DNA of 64,000 bases from Neoechinorhynchus agilis. Lineage: Eukaryota; Animalia; Acanthocephala. Below, in pieces: positions 35,050 to 47,666 of this stretch (positions are counted from its first letter, which is position 1; each line of letters starts with the position of its first letter). The notes below the pieces were generated by a model, which saw only the letters and a list, made by a program, of their open reading frames with translations, had not been told where the DNA came from and did not search any database. Made by a program: the position numbers and the translations under genes. Location of the stretch: assembly GCA_051530055.1 (NCBI GenBank), contig CM121341.1:992001-1056000 (forward strand), given 5' to 3'.

Positions 35050-36396
35050 ATGACTGAGTTCAAAACCGACGGTGTTATCATAAAGTCAATTTCCTCAATA
35101 TGTAAAATGAGTATTGGATCCATGGAAGCGACTCCTCACGGAGGCCTACTCTGTGGTTGTTACGAGTATGTGGAGAAGAACAAAAAGCGGAATGGTTGCG
35201 CCTACATTCTAAGATTCGATGAAGAAAAGCGAGAACTGGAAATAAGCCATCACGAATCCGTCAACGGAGGAGTCATGGACATTAAACCATTTTCATGTTG
35301 TATGGCTTCTGTTGTTACTGGCGATGGTAGAGTTGGAATATTGCAAAATGGTTCAAGTACGTTCGTCCAGGTATATTCGGGGTTCGATCAATAGGTACAG
35401 GTTTACAATTGCCTTTTCACGATGGTTAAAATAGAGATATTTCTGCTTCCAATTGACTCGCATACTGACACTCATATTCGGATTTTAATTATTTAAGCCG
35501 AAAAATATTGAATTTCTGGTTCCAAGCGATTATAACCCTGATATCGGATTTCGAACAAGCAGAACCAAAGAAAGATTTATTGTTTGCGATACAGGCTTCT
35601 AATTTAAGTTTAGAAATTTCGCCCAGTAGAATCACCGTTTTCAGAAATGTAGGAAACCTATTTTGCGATCCCTAAAACGATTATATCGAATCCCGGTTTC
35701 GATGCGAACAAACGGCCACTTTTACAGCACGTTTGGATGCGGGATGACATATTCACAACTTCAATCGAAGGATCATTGTATAAATTAAATCGTGTTCAAG
35801 ATTGTGATATGAAGCTCGTACAAACAGTTGACGAAATCCATAAATACAGTCCTTGGGCTGTCTGTGCCATGACGAATAAATCACTGATAGTTACTGGAGG
35901 AGATGACAAAATGATAAAAGTTCATAGTGGTCAAGATCTTTCCATGGTAGCCTCTGTTCCAAGTGCACATGAAAACGGTTGCTGTTCGCTTATGGAAGTG
36001 ACCGATGATTTGTTTTGTTCAGGCGGATTTGAAGGGGAAATCCACGTTTGGGACATTAGGAAGATTACGGGTAAGACGGAAGGCATGGTGAGTACTCTTA
36101 AAACTCACATTACTGGAGCATGGAAGATGTCTTTGAATGGAGAAACGAGTAAAAGTTTACTTGTGTCTCATATTCATGATGGATTCAATCTATACAATGC
36201 AGATTTTATCTATAAATCGGGAGTCGTAGAATGCCAACCTCCATATAAGTGCATTTGGGATTATAAAAAGTACTCGTCGCATAAGGATCCTCTTTGTTAT
36301 GCATCCTGTTTCATTCATAGGCATTTCCAATCTACACTGATTGGATCAGCTACTTTCTATGACCGTCAACTTTGTATTTGGACTGATAATGGATGA
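35050..36396 (+). CDS. DPH7: Diphthamide biosynthesis protein 7 (WD40, WDR85); exons 35050-35370 and 35728-36396
   Basis: LLCGCYEY..RNG, GVMDIK, HKYSPWAV, VTGGDD, HENGCCSL, SGGFEGEIHVWDIRK, GAWK, HDGF, LCYAS and SATFYDRQLCIW match DPH7 in order. Confidence 0.88.
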
Positions 36397-37239
36397 ACTT
36401 TCGATTGATTTTTAAATTTGTTCGAGTTGGATTTTAACAAATGGTGTGGAATGAGATCCAATCCGTGAGGAATAGCGAAAGCATCAAAAACTCTTCTATT
36501 TTTGCCCTATTTTCATTTAATAAGAAGATTCCAAAGACTATCTATCGTAACCTAAACGACTAGTTTCTAAGTTAGTTGGAGGGATCGATTGCCAATCCCG
36601 AACGTTCAAAGTTCCGATGCAAACGGAGGAACATTTTATAAAAATAACGCGTTTATTGTTAAAAATACAAAGAATAGGAGGGCACATGTTCCTCTAAGTT
36701 TCGAGAATCCAGTATTCCCTATCTGAATCGCACAACTGATTCTCTGATAAAAATTGTTTTGATGCACCGAGATCTTTTATTGTTGCAAACAACCATTTTC
36801 CAATTAAGAAATTCTGCGGTGATTGAGGTTGAGGGTGGTACTGACAGGGTAAATGAACGGGGCTGCTGATTTTGGAGAGCCTCGTGGACCCGGTTGGGTG
36901 AGAAAGTATGTGGTCTTTGTAATGAAGTTTCTGAGGTTGAGGATTTCCTCAGGTTCGTTTAGAGTCCCGACATCCTAGAAAATTGGGTAGTATGGAAAAA
37001 GGAACGGAAGCTGAGGGAGATGGGAGTACTGACAGGGTAAATGAATGGAACTGTTGGTTTTTTGAAGTGGATAACGGGTCCGGTCGGGTGGGAAGGTTGG
37101 TAGTCAACTGTGAATCCTGTTTTCGTCCCACAAGATGATTCTAGGGACTGTCGTAACTTATATAGCGTTAAACGATTTATTAGTTAACATGTTTAAAAAA
37201 CTTGCAAATTAGCTTGCTTTGGCAACGGTAGTCATTTCA

Positions 37240-37470
37240 TATCGCTTCGAGCCGGTCGATCACAGCAGAGATGACGGGAAAATACCAAACAGTTCCGTGG
37301 GAAAGAGGAAGTCTCCTTGGGACTTCACCTTCCCGGATACGATTGCTAAGAGCAACTATCTCCTTTTGGTTTCAGAAGCCGGCGAATTTGCGAAAATTGC
37401 ACCGAAAAAGAGAAATACAAATGCCTCGATCCGTCACGTTTGTAAGCGATGGATACGAATATTTAGATGG
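37240..37470 (+). mobile_element. CRE RLE-domain relic
   Basis: FEPVDHSRDDGKIP / VPWERGSLL / WDFTFPDTIAKS..AGEFAKIA.KK. Confidence 0.75.
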
Positions 37471-38399
37471 TTGCTAAGTTTGTCTGTTCTACATTTGGTC
37501 AGGAAGCTATAGTTTAGATTGAACGTTTTCAGATATAAAAAACTTTTAAGGATAATTGAGTAATTCATGGATAAGCGGTTTCGACGCTTGTCAGCCTACA
37601 TTTAGTAATATCACGCAATTTCACTACGAGCGAGAGACGTTCGGATTTTTTTAAATTAAGAATCCTTACTGATACTAAGAAAAGTAGTTAATTTCTAAAT
37701 ACTAGTTCCTTCATTTCAATGATATAATAAATAATTAATGAGTCTTAAAACGACAAACTTAAACCTCAATATTATCTTTCTAAATGATTTAAATATATTT
37801 AATTTACAGGAGCTAAAAGGTGAAATGAAAGTAAGAATATCTTAGTTTAAAAGGATCAATCTTTCTTATTAGTCCTCTTAGAATTTTCCCCTTACAGTCA
37901 TAGCTTTATTTATTTTCTAATTTCTCGTCAAATTCTTTAGTTTAAGATGCTTTAATATTCGAAAATTCTTAAATTTAAAAATTTATATCCTAATAATCGA
38001 ACCAATAACTTAATGTAATTTTCTAGTAGAATTATGTAAATGAAAATTATGGCGAACCTTAATAACAATTTAATAGCGTGTCGCGAACGGCATAAAGCGT
38101 TTCCTTTGGGCTCTAAACTAATTCATCTTTCAACTTTACGCGCTGCTTCCGTTGACAGAGTTGGAGAAAAGTTGGAACGGTGCTGAATAAATTTTTATAC
38201 TAAAAGTTTGCATTTTCGTCACTACACATTTTCAGCGGTGGTTCAATGTATTAAATCGGATCAAATCCTGTTTATGAATCAAAATTCGTGGACCGATGGA
38301 TAAATTCCCCTTTCGTATAATTTTATCATATTTTGGTTATTTTTTCTTATTTTTTTATGAAGATTGGCCAGCCGGTAACTTATATCAATGTGTGGCCTT

Positions 38400-39100
38400 G
38401 TGGTGAAATAAATTATTAGTTTCATTTTGCCGATATTTCACGTCGGATAATTATGACATTATCAATTGTTTTTGGAAATCCTAGGAAAATATCGTAATTA
38501 TCCGACGTGAAATATCGGCAATAAACCAGTCAATGAAAATCCACAAGAAAATGTCGGAATTATCCGATGTGAAATACCTGAAATAAATGAGTTAGATTAA
38601 ATCCTGGGGTGTTAAAAGTACCAGAAGGTGGTATATTTTTCCCGAAGACAATAATCCAAGAAATAAATTATTAGTTTCATTTTGGTACTTATAACGCTCC
38701 CATGATTTAATCTGACTCATTTATTTCCGATATTTCTTCGGAAAATTCCGTCATTATCAATTGTTTATGAAAATCCATAAGAAAATGTCGGAATTATCCG
38801 ATGTGGAACACCTGAAATAAATGAGTTAAATTAAATCCTGGGGCGTTGAAAGTACCAGAAGGAAATATATTTTTCCTGAAGACAATAATCCAAGAAATAA
38901 ATTATTAGTTTCATTTTGGTACTTATAACGCCGCTCATTCCGTCATTATCAATTGTTTATGAAAATCCATAAAAAATGTCGGAATTATCCGATGTGAAAT
39001 ACCTGAAATAAATGAGTTAGATTAAATCCTGGGGCGTTGAAAGTACCAGAAGGAAATATATTTTTCCTGAAGACAATAATGAAAGAAATAAATTATTAGT
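38400..39100. repeat. Tandem array of palindromic MITE-like units (about 190-255 bp), same family as 13321-13507
   Basis: GAAATAAATTATTAGT at about 38405, 38660, 38894 and 39084; shares ATGTCGGAATTATCCGA..GTGAAATA..TTAAATCCTGGGG with the 13.3-kb MITE. Confidence 0.85.
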
Positions 39101-39669
39101 ATTCACTGCATCAATGACATGCGCCCAAGATTGTCAACGGAGCCATTTACTCACGTTGCTTTCGCTAAGAGCGCATATCGTCTCCCACGTGATGGATTCC
39201 TTATTTAGCATAATCTGACGATAAGATAATATCTGAGCGAGATTTTGTTGCTCGTAGATGCTAAAAAAATAAGAGTCCGGATCCGTCCCCTATAATCGAC
39301 TTGTATTGTGGATGTTTGTAATAGACGAAAAGTTTTAGTTTAAAAGTTCAAGAGTACTTAATTCATATGCCGTGCATCTTAGTTTTAATTTGTCTAACAT
39401 GCGCAAACGCTGTGTTTTTAGCATTATGTTCATTATTTTGCCCGTGAAATTTTAATATCTGATTTTTTTTAGAAGAACTTAGAATTAACTTTAGAAAGCG
39501 TCTTGACATCCTTAGATTTCACAAGAAAGTCTAATGCCGCGAACTTTTCGCCGGATTTTACTAAACAGAATAATTTTTTATTCTTTACGAACCCAGAATA
39601 ACCAATATTTAGATGTGTTACTTTTATTTCAACACTCAATTATTTTTTAGTTTTTTGTTGTTGTTTTTC

Positions 39670-39830
39670 ATTTATACACAAAACGTTTAAACAATCACCA
39701 CCGTCCACGAAGAGGAGGCATCGCTCTCCCCTCAGTGGTCACGACCACACTCACTGCGTTTCCTCTTTGGATCGCGAGACCAATGTTTTGGCGTGAGAAG
39801 GCACCAGCTCTTGTATTTCATGTCGTGGCT
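39670..39830 (-). mobile_element. Diverged CRE-like 3' end
   Basis: RAGAFSRQNIGLAIQRGNAVSVVVTTEG..RGRW*. Confidence 0.8.
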
Positions 39831-40536
39831 CATTTATTTTTTTTGTTGGCCCTTCCGATTTTTCCCGTCGAATCATTCCGACATTTCCTCAAGGTTTAGC
39901 CAACAAAAAAGTCTATAAACATTCCGCTTCATACGATCCCAGAAAAGCCGGTAGGGAAATATCTACTGAAATTTTTCTAGTCGTATAAGATTTAATTTTC
40001 AAATTTAAACTGTGCAGTCTGCTCTTTATGTTGTAGAAAAATTTCTGGCGAAAACGAATACTACATCATAATTTCTAAATAATTTTGCACCTAATCAGCA
40101 AGATATTTTTTTGAAAACTCGTACTTTTATTTGAAGTTTACGTTTGTGGACTATGCGACTAACTGGGGCATAACAAAGTGTATTTTACACCTAGCTGAAT
40201 CATTTCTTAAATACCGAACAAGCAATAAAAACGTGGGAGAAGAAGTTTCTCGGCGCCTAAATAATACCCGTCAATATACTTACAAATGAAAGCTTCTTCA
40301 ATTCATGATACTTCTTTAAATGAATGCCTTGAACCACGTTCGACTCATATAGATTTTATAAATAATAAAAAGTAAGTGCTTGCTCGGTATGCATTAGTAT
40401 CATTTGATTTTCCCTTTTAATTCGCTCATACTTAAAATATGAATAATGCTTTACGCAACTCACATCATCTTTCACAAATGTGCTTATTCATTCTTCGTAA
40501 CTTCAAACCCAACTTTTTAACTTCATTCTTCAAGAA

Positions 40537-43235
40537 ATGCTAACCTACAATTCAAAGCTTTTCCGAGTCCCGATTATTGTCCGACGAAGGTACCAACCTG
40601 ATAGTGCATTTTAGCTAATTTTAGAAGGAATAATACTTACATTTTTTAGCGCTTCATGCTGGGCTGGAGTGGTTCGTGGGCCTCCCGATCCTGTCTTTGG
40701 AGTTGCAGAAGCGTTCAAGAAGGATTCGAATCCAAAGCGAGTGAACTTGTCAGTAGGAGCGTATCGATCTGACGAGGGGAAGCCGTGGGTTTTAGGATCT
40801 GTTCGAAATGTAAGTGCTTAACAATTCAATAATGAAATTCCTTTTTTCTAGGCAGAGAAACTCGTTTGTGATGCAAAAATGAACAAGGAATATGCACCGA
40901 TGCTTGGAATCGATCAATTTCGGGATTTAGCAGCAAAGCTCGCTTTTGGCGAAGACTCTGAAGTGATAAAGGAGAAACGGGTAAGTCGGGCAACTAAACC
41001 CAAGCCTTTGAAATATCTGAACATTGATTCAAAATAACCGACCGTGTTCTATTGATACGTGAGTTCTTGGCTCCTGTAAATCGCATACCTCATAAACCTG
41101 TTGATTCAAAATTCACTTTAATCAGAGTAATTTGAATAAGCAACTCCATACCATATTTAAACTTTTCGAGAACGTGAAAGGCGAACATTGATATTTCGAA
41201 TTTTGTACCGGTTTTCCATGAACAACTAGAGACTCACATAACCCCAAAAACTTATTTATTCCAATTGGGCGCAAATTTTTATCCTTTAAACGATAACAAC
41301 AGTCAATACTATTTACTTCTCTGGCTGAAGTTAAAAAATCGCTTATTCTCATTTCCTTTATTTTTGTCATGGGAAAGCTAAAAATAAATTATATTTCTTT
41401 AAAAAAAGAATGCAACACTTCAATCATTAAGTGGAACAGGAGCACTACGCATTGGAGGAGAATTGATAGTAAGTAATTTTATTCAATCTCAAGGATTCTT
41501 TAAAATTTTACCTTTAAAAGAAACAATTTTACCCGGGCAAAAAGGTGATATACCTTCCCGATCCAACTTGGCCAAACCATCCGAACATTTTCAAGTATGC
41601 CTCGAATTTTGTCAAACCGCTAGTTCTCTCTTACCTATTAAAGGTCTGTCGATCTCGAAGTTCGAAAGTATAGGTACTATTACCCGAAAACCAGAGGATT
41701 GGACACTTCTGGTCTTCTGGATGACATCGAGGTTGATATCTACTTTGAATTAAATATAAATGATTATCCCTTTAAAAAAGAAAATGGAACCTGGCTCAGT
41801 TATTCTTCTACATGCTTGCGCACACAATCCAACCGGAGTTGATCCAAACGTTAGTATCTCTAAAAAATATAACAAGAAATCGATTTTTTTAGAAATCAGA
41901 GTGGAAGGCAATAGCTGAAAAGATAAAGGTTAATATAATTTTAATTCTAAATGCATATCTAACAGCTTGTTTTTTAGGGGAGAAAACTTCTCCCATTCTT
42001 TGATATGGCTTATCAAGGATTCGCGAGCGGATCACTCGCGTTTGATGCATACTCAGTCCGACATTTCGTCAATGACCAAAACATCCAAATTTTATTGGCT
42101 CAATCATTCGCTAAAAATATGGGACTTTATGGTATTTTCCTGGTTTTTCTGACTGATTTTATAAAATTGAACAGGTGAACGAGTTGGAGCATTCACTGCT
42201 GTCTGTTCCTCCAGCGAAGAAGCCACAAACGTGCTAAGTCACTTGAAGAGAGTTGTGCGATCGATTTACAGCAATCCACCCCTTCATGGTGCCAGAATCG
42301 CTCAGACTATCTTATCGGATCCAAAATTAACTGAACAATGGTAAGTTTCATTTGAGGTTATGAATGTTTTTTATTTGTAGTTTTTGAAAATGGTAAATGT
42401 AACATGAGAAAAAAAATCATCCTTTTCAAGGATCGTAGTGAATCCACGGAATCATAATCAAATCCGATTTTTAGTCACTTACAAAAATCGCTATTATGCT
42501 TTTACCTATTTTTAGCATTTTAATATTTTTCTAGTAAAATTCATCGGAAATCTCAAAGGATTTTTGTGAAAATCGAACTAAATCTTATTTGGAATTCCAG
42601 ATTAACTTTTAAACCGTCCACTGAACGTGTAATCAACAAATGAATTCACCATAACTGATACAGCTAATAAGATTGGGGTATTATCACTAAACAGTATTTT
42701 ATTTCATTTCTCGAATCAACTCTCAAACATTTGGCTCGGTGGCGGTTATCACTTTTATTTTGGTTCAATCTGAAGTTTGCATCATTTCAAAGGATATAAC
42801 AGCGGATTATCGGATAATATTTTTGCGTTCTATTAAATTTAGACTCGGCATTGCCGAAAAAAGATCGAGAAATTTTCATACATTTTTGCGACATCAACAT
42901 GAAGAGGTTCCAATAAAATACGTTTCACACCGTGATTATATTACTGATTTCGTTTTCTCAGGTACGGCGAAATGAAGACAATGTCAGGGCGTATTATAAA
43001 AATGCGAGAGTTACTGCTCAAAAACTTGAAAGATGCCGGGAGTACATTGAGTTGGAAGCATGTTGTGGATCAGATTGGAATGTTCTGCTACACCGGTCTT
43101 ACTCCTGAACAAGTCGAACGCATAACGAAGGAATATTCGATTTACATGACAAAAGATGGACGGATATCGATTGCTGGACTTAATGCCGGAAATAATGCTT
43201 ACGTTGCAAGGGCCATACATGAAGTTACCAAATAA
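40537..43235 (+). CDS. GOT2: Mitochondrial aspartate aminotransferase, about 11 exons
   Basis: [86 protein letters not shown] (PLP lysine), [21 protein letters not shown] and DGRISIAG; all introns GT-AG. Confidence 0.97.
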
Positions 43236-43547
43236 AACGAATGCAGTTTGAGTATTTACTTTAGAATTATCTTAATTGAGAAAGATATGAGGAGGAAACC
43301 TAGTCAAAGTGCATAATTCTCAGTATAGATCTGTTTGTCAACTTGAACTTTCAATACAAGACGATACTTCGCAATTGGCCAAACCACCTATAAAATAATT
43401 GCCATTCAGAGTAAAATTGAGCACAAAACGGTCAAAAACGTTTTTTTTATTGAGGCTGCTTATTCATTTTCTCCCACTCTCAAATAAAAGTACAACGAAC
43501 TTTACAAAGAGGCTCACTTGTTGTAAAATCAATAAGTGTTCATTTCC

Positions 43548-46500
43548 TTACATTCGACTGCTATCTGATACAAAAGGAGCTCTCTTCATATAATAATCCC
43601 CTCCTCCACTCGGGACATCGCTTTCAACATTGCCAAGCACCGCCTGAACAACATCTATCGGTTCAACACTGCATCTAGCATACTCGTCTTCTTCGTTACT
43701 AGTATCTTCTTCATCAACAGCACTCCCGTCACTCAAGTTTATTTTCGCCGATTCAGTGTTCTGCGAATCACCACGACCACCACTAGTCTTAGTGAAGGTC
43801 ACTGGTAGTGCAGGGACCAAATTATCCAATGTTCCTCCTAGTCCGGACTCAACGTTTTCGTCAAACATCCATGCGCTATAATTGACGACACTTTCGATAA
43901 TTCGGACCTTCTCAGGGTTATCCGTGAGATTTCCTTGAAGAGTTCGGTCTGGATGCCACAATAATGTCGGTCCAAAAATTATCGCTATATTGCGAACGTC
44001 TACTTTATTATACTCGACCATCGATGCTACGTTCGCAAAGTGTCGACTGATGAAATGAAGAGTGTGGATGGATTGCTGTGGCAGTCTTCGAATGAGCAGC
44101 TTAATGCTCTTTAACCTTAGATCATGCTCCGTGATTTTTCCTGCCTTTATAAGTTCCGAATATAGTGCTAAACATCACGGCCTATTGATATATTTTTTAC
44201 TGACCAAACAAATTTTATGTGAAGAATTTAGCGGATATTTTAAGCGAATACAGTTACGCAAATTGCTTTCTCGTTTGACCATCATGTGATATTGGCTATC
44301 TAGATTGCTACCGCGAAATCTTTCTTTTTCTCACTTTTAATGAAACCTGGAGCAAAATCAATTTTTTTAGGAAACCACTCCTAATCTTTGAATGTGCATA
44401 GAAATATTAAAGCTGTAGATTTGATAATGGGAAATGTGGGACGAACAACTCTCATTATAAATTTTGTCCCGGTAACGAGCTACTTAAACATTTTAAAGTA
44501 CGAACCTTTACTGAACAGACATTCCGGGAGTTTTGAGAAAAAACATTTGAGAGTACTAGCGATCGCTTTTGTATCATTCCATCTTGCATCTGAGAAATCG
44601 GCATTTCGAATTCCTTTATTTAACTGACCAACCATCCAAGAGGTTGTTTGCACAGATCCAGTTTGTCTATAAATTCCAACGTTTCGAATTCCACACGACT
44701 CAATAAGTTTTGAAAGAAGAACAACAACGGCTGGTACGCGTGGATTCATTGGAACGAACTCGCAATCTACGAGAGGAAGCCCAAAATTTTTGCTGGATTT
44801 AGTTTCATTGCTTCCGGCACTTTTTTTAACACTATTGACAATTGCCTTGCCCGCGGCTGTTAAGTGATTACTTGGATTCATTAGTCGGATAAGTTCAACG
44901 TTATTAACGGTGGCACTTCTGCGCAAACAAGCAGGAACGCCTCGTCTTAAGAAAATAGGACTCGAAGCGAGGCGCTTTCCACTGCTTCTGGTATTAGTAT
45001 CGCCACTTGAATTATCAATGTTTGGTGTAGAGGCTATTAAAAGATCCGGTTGTAATTCGGAGGAGCTGGATGTACCGTGAGAAGTGGGTTTGTTTTTACT
45101 CGATGAAGATGACGCTGAGGACGAGGAGGTAGATGTGGACGATGTTAGGCGAAATGTAGAGGTGTTAGGGACGATCGATGATGGAGATAAACTGCAACAA
45201 GTTATGCTTGAAGATAGTTGAGACTGTTGATCCGCTGAGCTGTCAATTGTGATTTCTGGATTTACAGGTGGAAGAAGATGACCTCCACAAGCTCTACGAA
45301 TTTCAAACAGCCATTCACACAAGTTTTGAGCGTCGGGTGCTTGAAGCAACAGCTCACAACCTTGATTTGTTATAAGGCGAAAAACTCGCTGACGCTTTTT
45401 ATAATCGGAAGCCAGCTGAACGTGGCATTGACTTCCTTTGCTGACGATTGGGAACGGTATTCCACTCATCGGATCGGTGTAACATTTGAGGATCACAACA
45501 ACAAGAAAACGGTAGGAAATCCAATTGCTAAATAAGGCTAAGTTGTAAATGAACAAGAAATCCAACAAGCTTTGCCGTTATTGAGATTCACACCTCCCAA
45601 AGGTCGCCGGTCTTTAAACGTGCAATTTTACGAATCGAAATCAAAACTAAACCACACCAATCTATGACTCAGGTGTACTTCAAATTATTGCATGGATCGA
45701 GTTTTAGGTGGAAAAAAGGTTCAACTTCATTTATTTCTACCAGGAGCCAAAAATTTCATTGTTCAAAAAGACACCTAGAGGTTTTAATTACAAGTTCAAG
45801 TAGATGCGACAATCCAATCTTTATAGTAAGAAAGCCAAAAATATTTAAAATCAATACTATGAGGAGTCTCATTTAAACAGATTGGCAGCATGATCCTGAG
45901 AGACGATCACGTGATTGTAAGCTCTTTACAACTTTGACAAGATTTTCGATCCTTGGTTGAATCTGCGGAATATTTGGAAAAAGCGTGTGAATAACAGATA
46001 ACGAAGATTATCGTCAACTTGAAGATGATGGAAGCTCGCTAAGCAGTCGATTGTAGAAAATTGTTGGGCACAGAGTACCCATCTTTTTTTAGGAATCTAA
46101 GCTTTTTAATAAAACTTCAACCACAAAGCATTTTGATTTTGTATGAAAGGGGGGAAATATTTAAAGAGAGTGGAAATTAGCAGATATGATGGATTTTTGT
46201 GAAGAGACATTGCTCTCAGAATAAAAAAATTTGAAACGCTTCGCAATTTTGACCTTGAAACGACAATCATTAGCAACAAAAGGAGCACAAATTTAAGATA
46301 CGATGAGTACAAGCGCCGTTGAACCGTTAGATCATTCATATTATCGGAACCCAAGTAAAAGATCCTTATAGCGTCAGATTGGGAAACGTATCCGAAAAGC
46401 AAACGGTTCCTGACACTTGCACGTGCCATGAGTTGACGAGAAATCCGTAGAGAACTGAATTTGAGCCTCGAAATCTTTGACTAGGATGCTATTGTCGGTC

Positions 46501-47666
46501 AGAAAAAGTCAAAGGGCACTTAAAATCCCGGAGACTACAAGCACGGCCTACTCAATATAGAAAATTTCAACGCACAAAGTTAATAAATCTTGAAGTGACA
46601 CACACAATTATGCTCAAGGGAGGCTGCTACTAGCAACAGTGAGTAGCCCAACTTCGGAATTTTAGAGCTGTTAAAACTCCGTAAAATGATTCCATTTGCG
46701 GATGTTTGACATTAATGTGTCCTGGCAAAATATTGAATCAATTTCTATCTATAAGAGAGGCCATATAGATTATAGAATAAGTATTTAGGTCTAGCTCTAT
46801 AAGATTTCCCTTTCTCCTAATAGATGATCCATCAAACTGAGTAAGTGGCAGTTGAAACTGAAGAAGGTTGTGGGACGGGTGGAGAATGTACAAGGTGCAG
46901 AGCGCTGGCTGAAGCGTGGTATATATAAAGACATCCGGTGTCACGTAGAATAACCCAGCCGTGTCGCCAAGATCGATCTGTGGCTCGTTTGTTTTGTATA
47001 ACAACCGATTTACAGCACAAGTGACCTTCTTTGAGAGTTGTTGCTTTAGATGGACTTGCGAATCGCCTTGTTGGAGTTTTCATTGACTGGTCGACCTGCA
47101 ACAATACACGAGCGGTTACTGATAGTCTAAAAAGTCTAACAGGCCAAGGACAATCGCTTTATACACGGACGGTTTGGTGCAAGTCCGCCACCCTCGGCTC
47201 CCCAAGATATGCAAATATCATCAGCATGTCTACGGGGGAAGGGAAGTTAGTGGCACTATCGTCAGAGTAACGCCAATAGTAAATGGTGCTGAGACGATGG
47301 CAATTCTAATGCCAAGGATTTTTGTGCTAGGCTAAGGAAATGTCTTACTTTAAAAGATGCCGAAGTTGCGGATGTGCTATTTGTCGCGATTAATTTCTTC
47401 AACTTGAGCACAAACGGATCGGATCTTCGGCGGGAATGCACTTTACAGTCGTCTATTGACCGATATGATGATGTAGAACTGGCTTCATGCTGGTGATCCC
47501 GTAAACGAGTAGTCAATGATTCGGTTGTTGCTCTTCGACTATACGATTTGCTGAAGTGCGTCCTTATATGCTTGATGTAGTCTAAATGTGGGAAGGGAGA
47601 AAATGATATGGGTTCTCCTCGAAGCAGGTGATGCGTGATACAAATCACTCCTACGCTCTTAATCAA
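43548..47666 (-). CDS. PH plus RhoGAP protein (ARHGAP21/23-like); probably extends upstream to about 52008
   Basis: PH domain EGHLCCK..RSWRHGWVILR..LYIY / KKRQRVFRL..ELLLQA..W; GAP domain FGLPL..VPAVV..GIYRQTG..AIASTLKCFFSKLPECLF..NKVDVRNIAIIFGPTL. An upstream exon reading LLRKQSYINAIN lies near 51590-51727. Confidence 0.85.
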
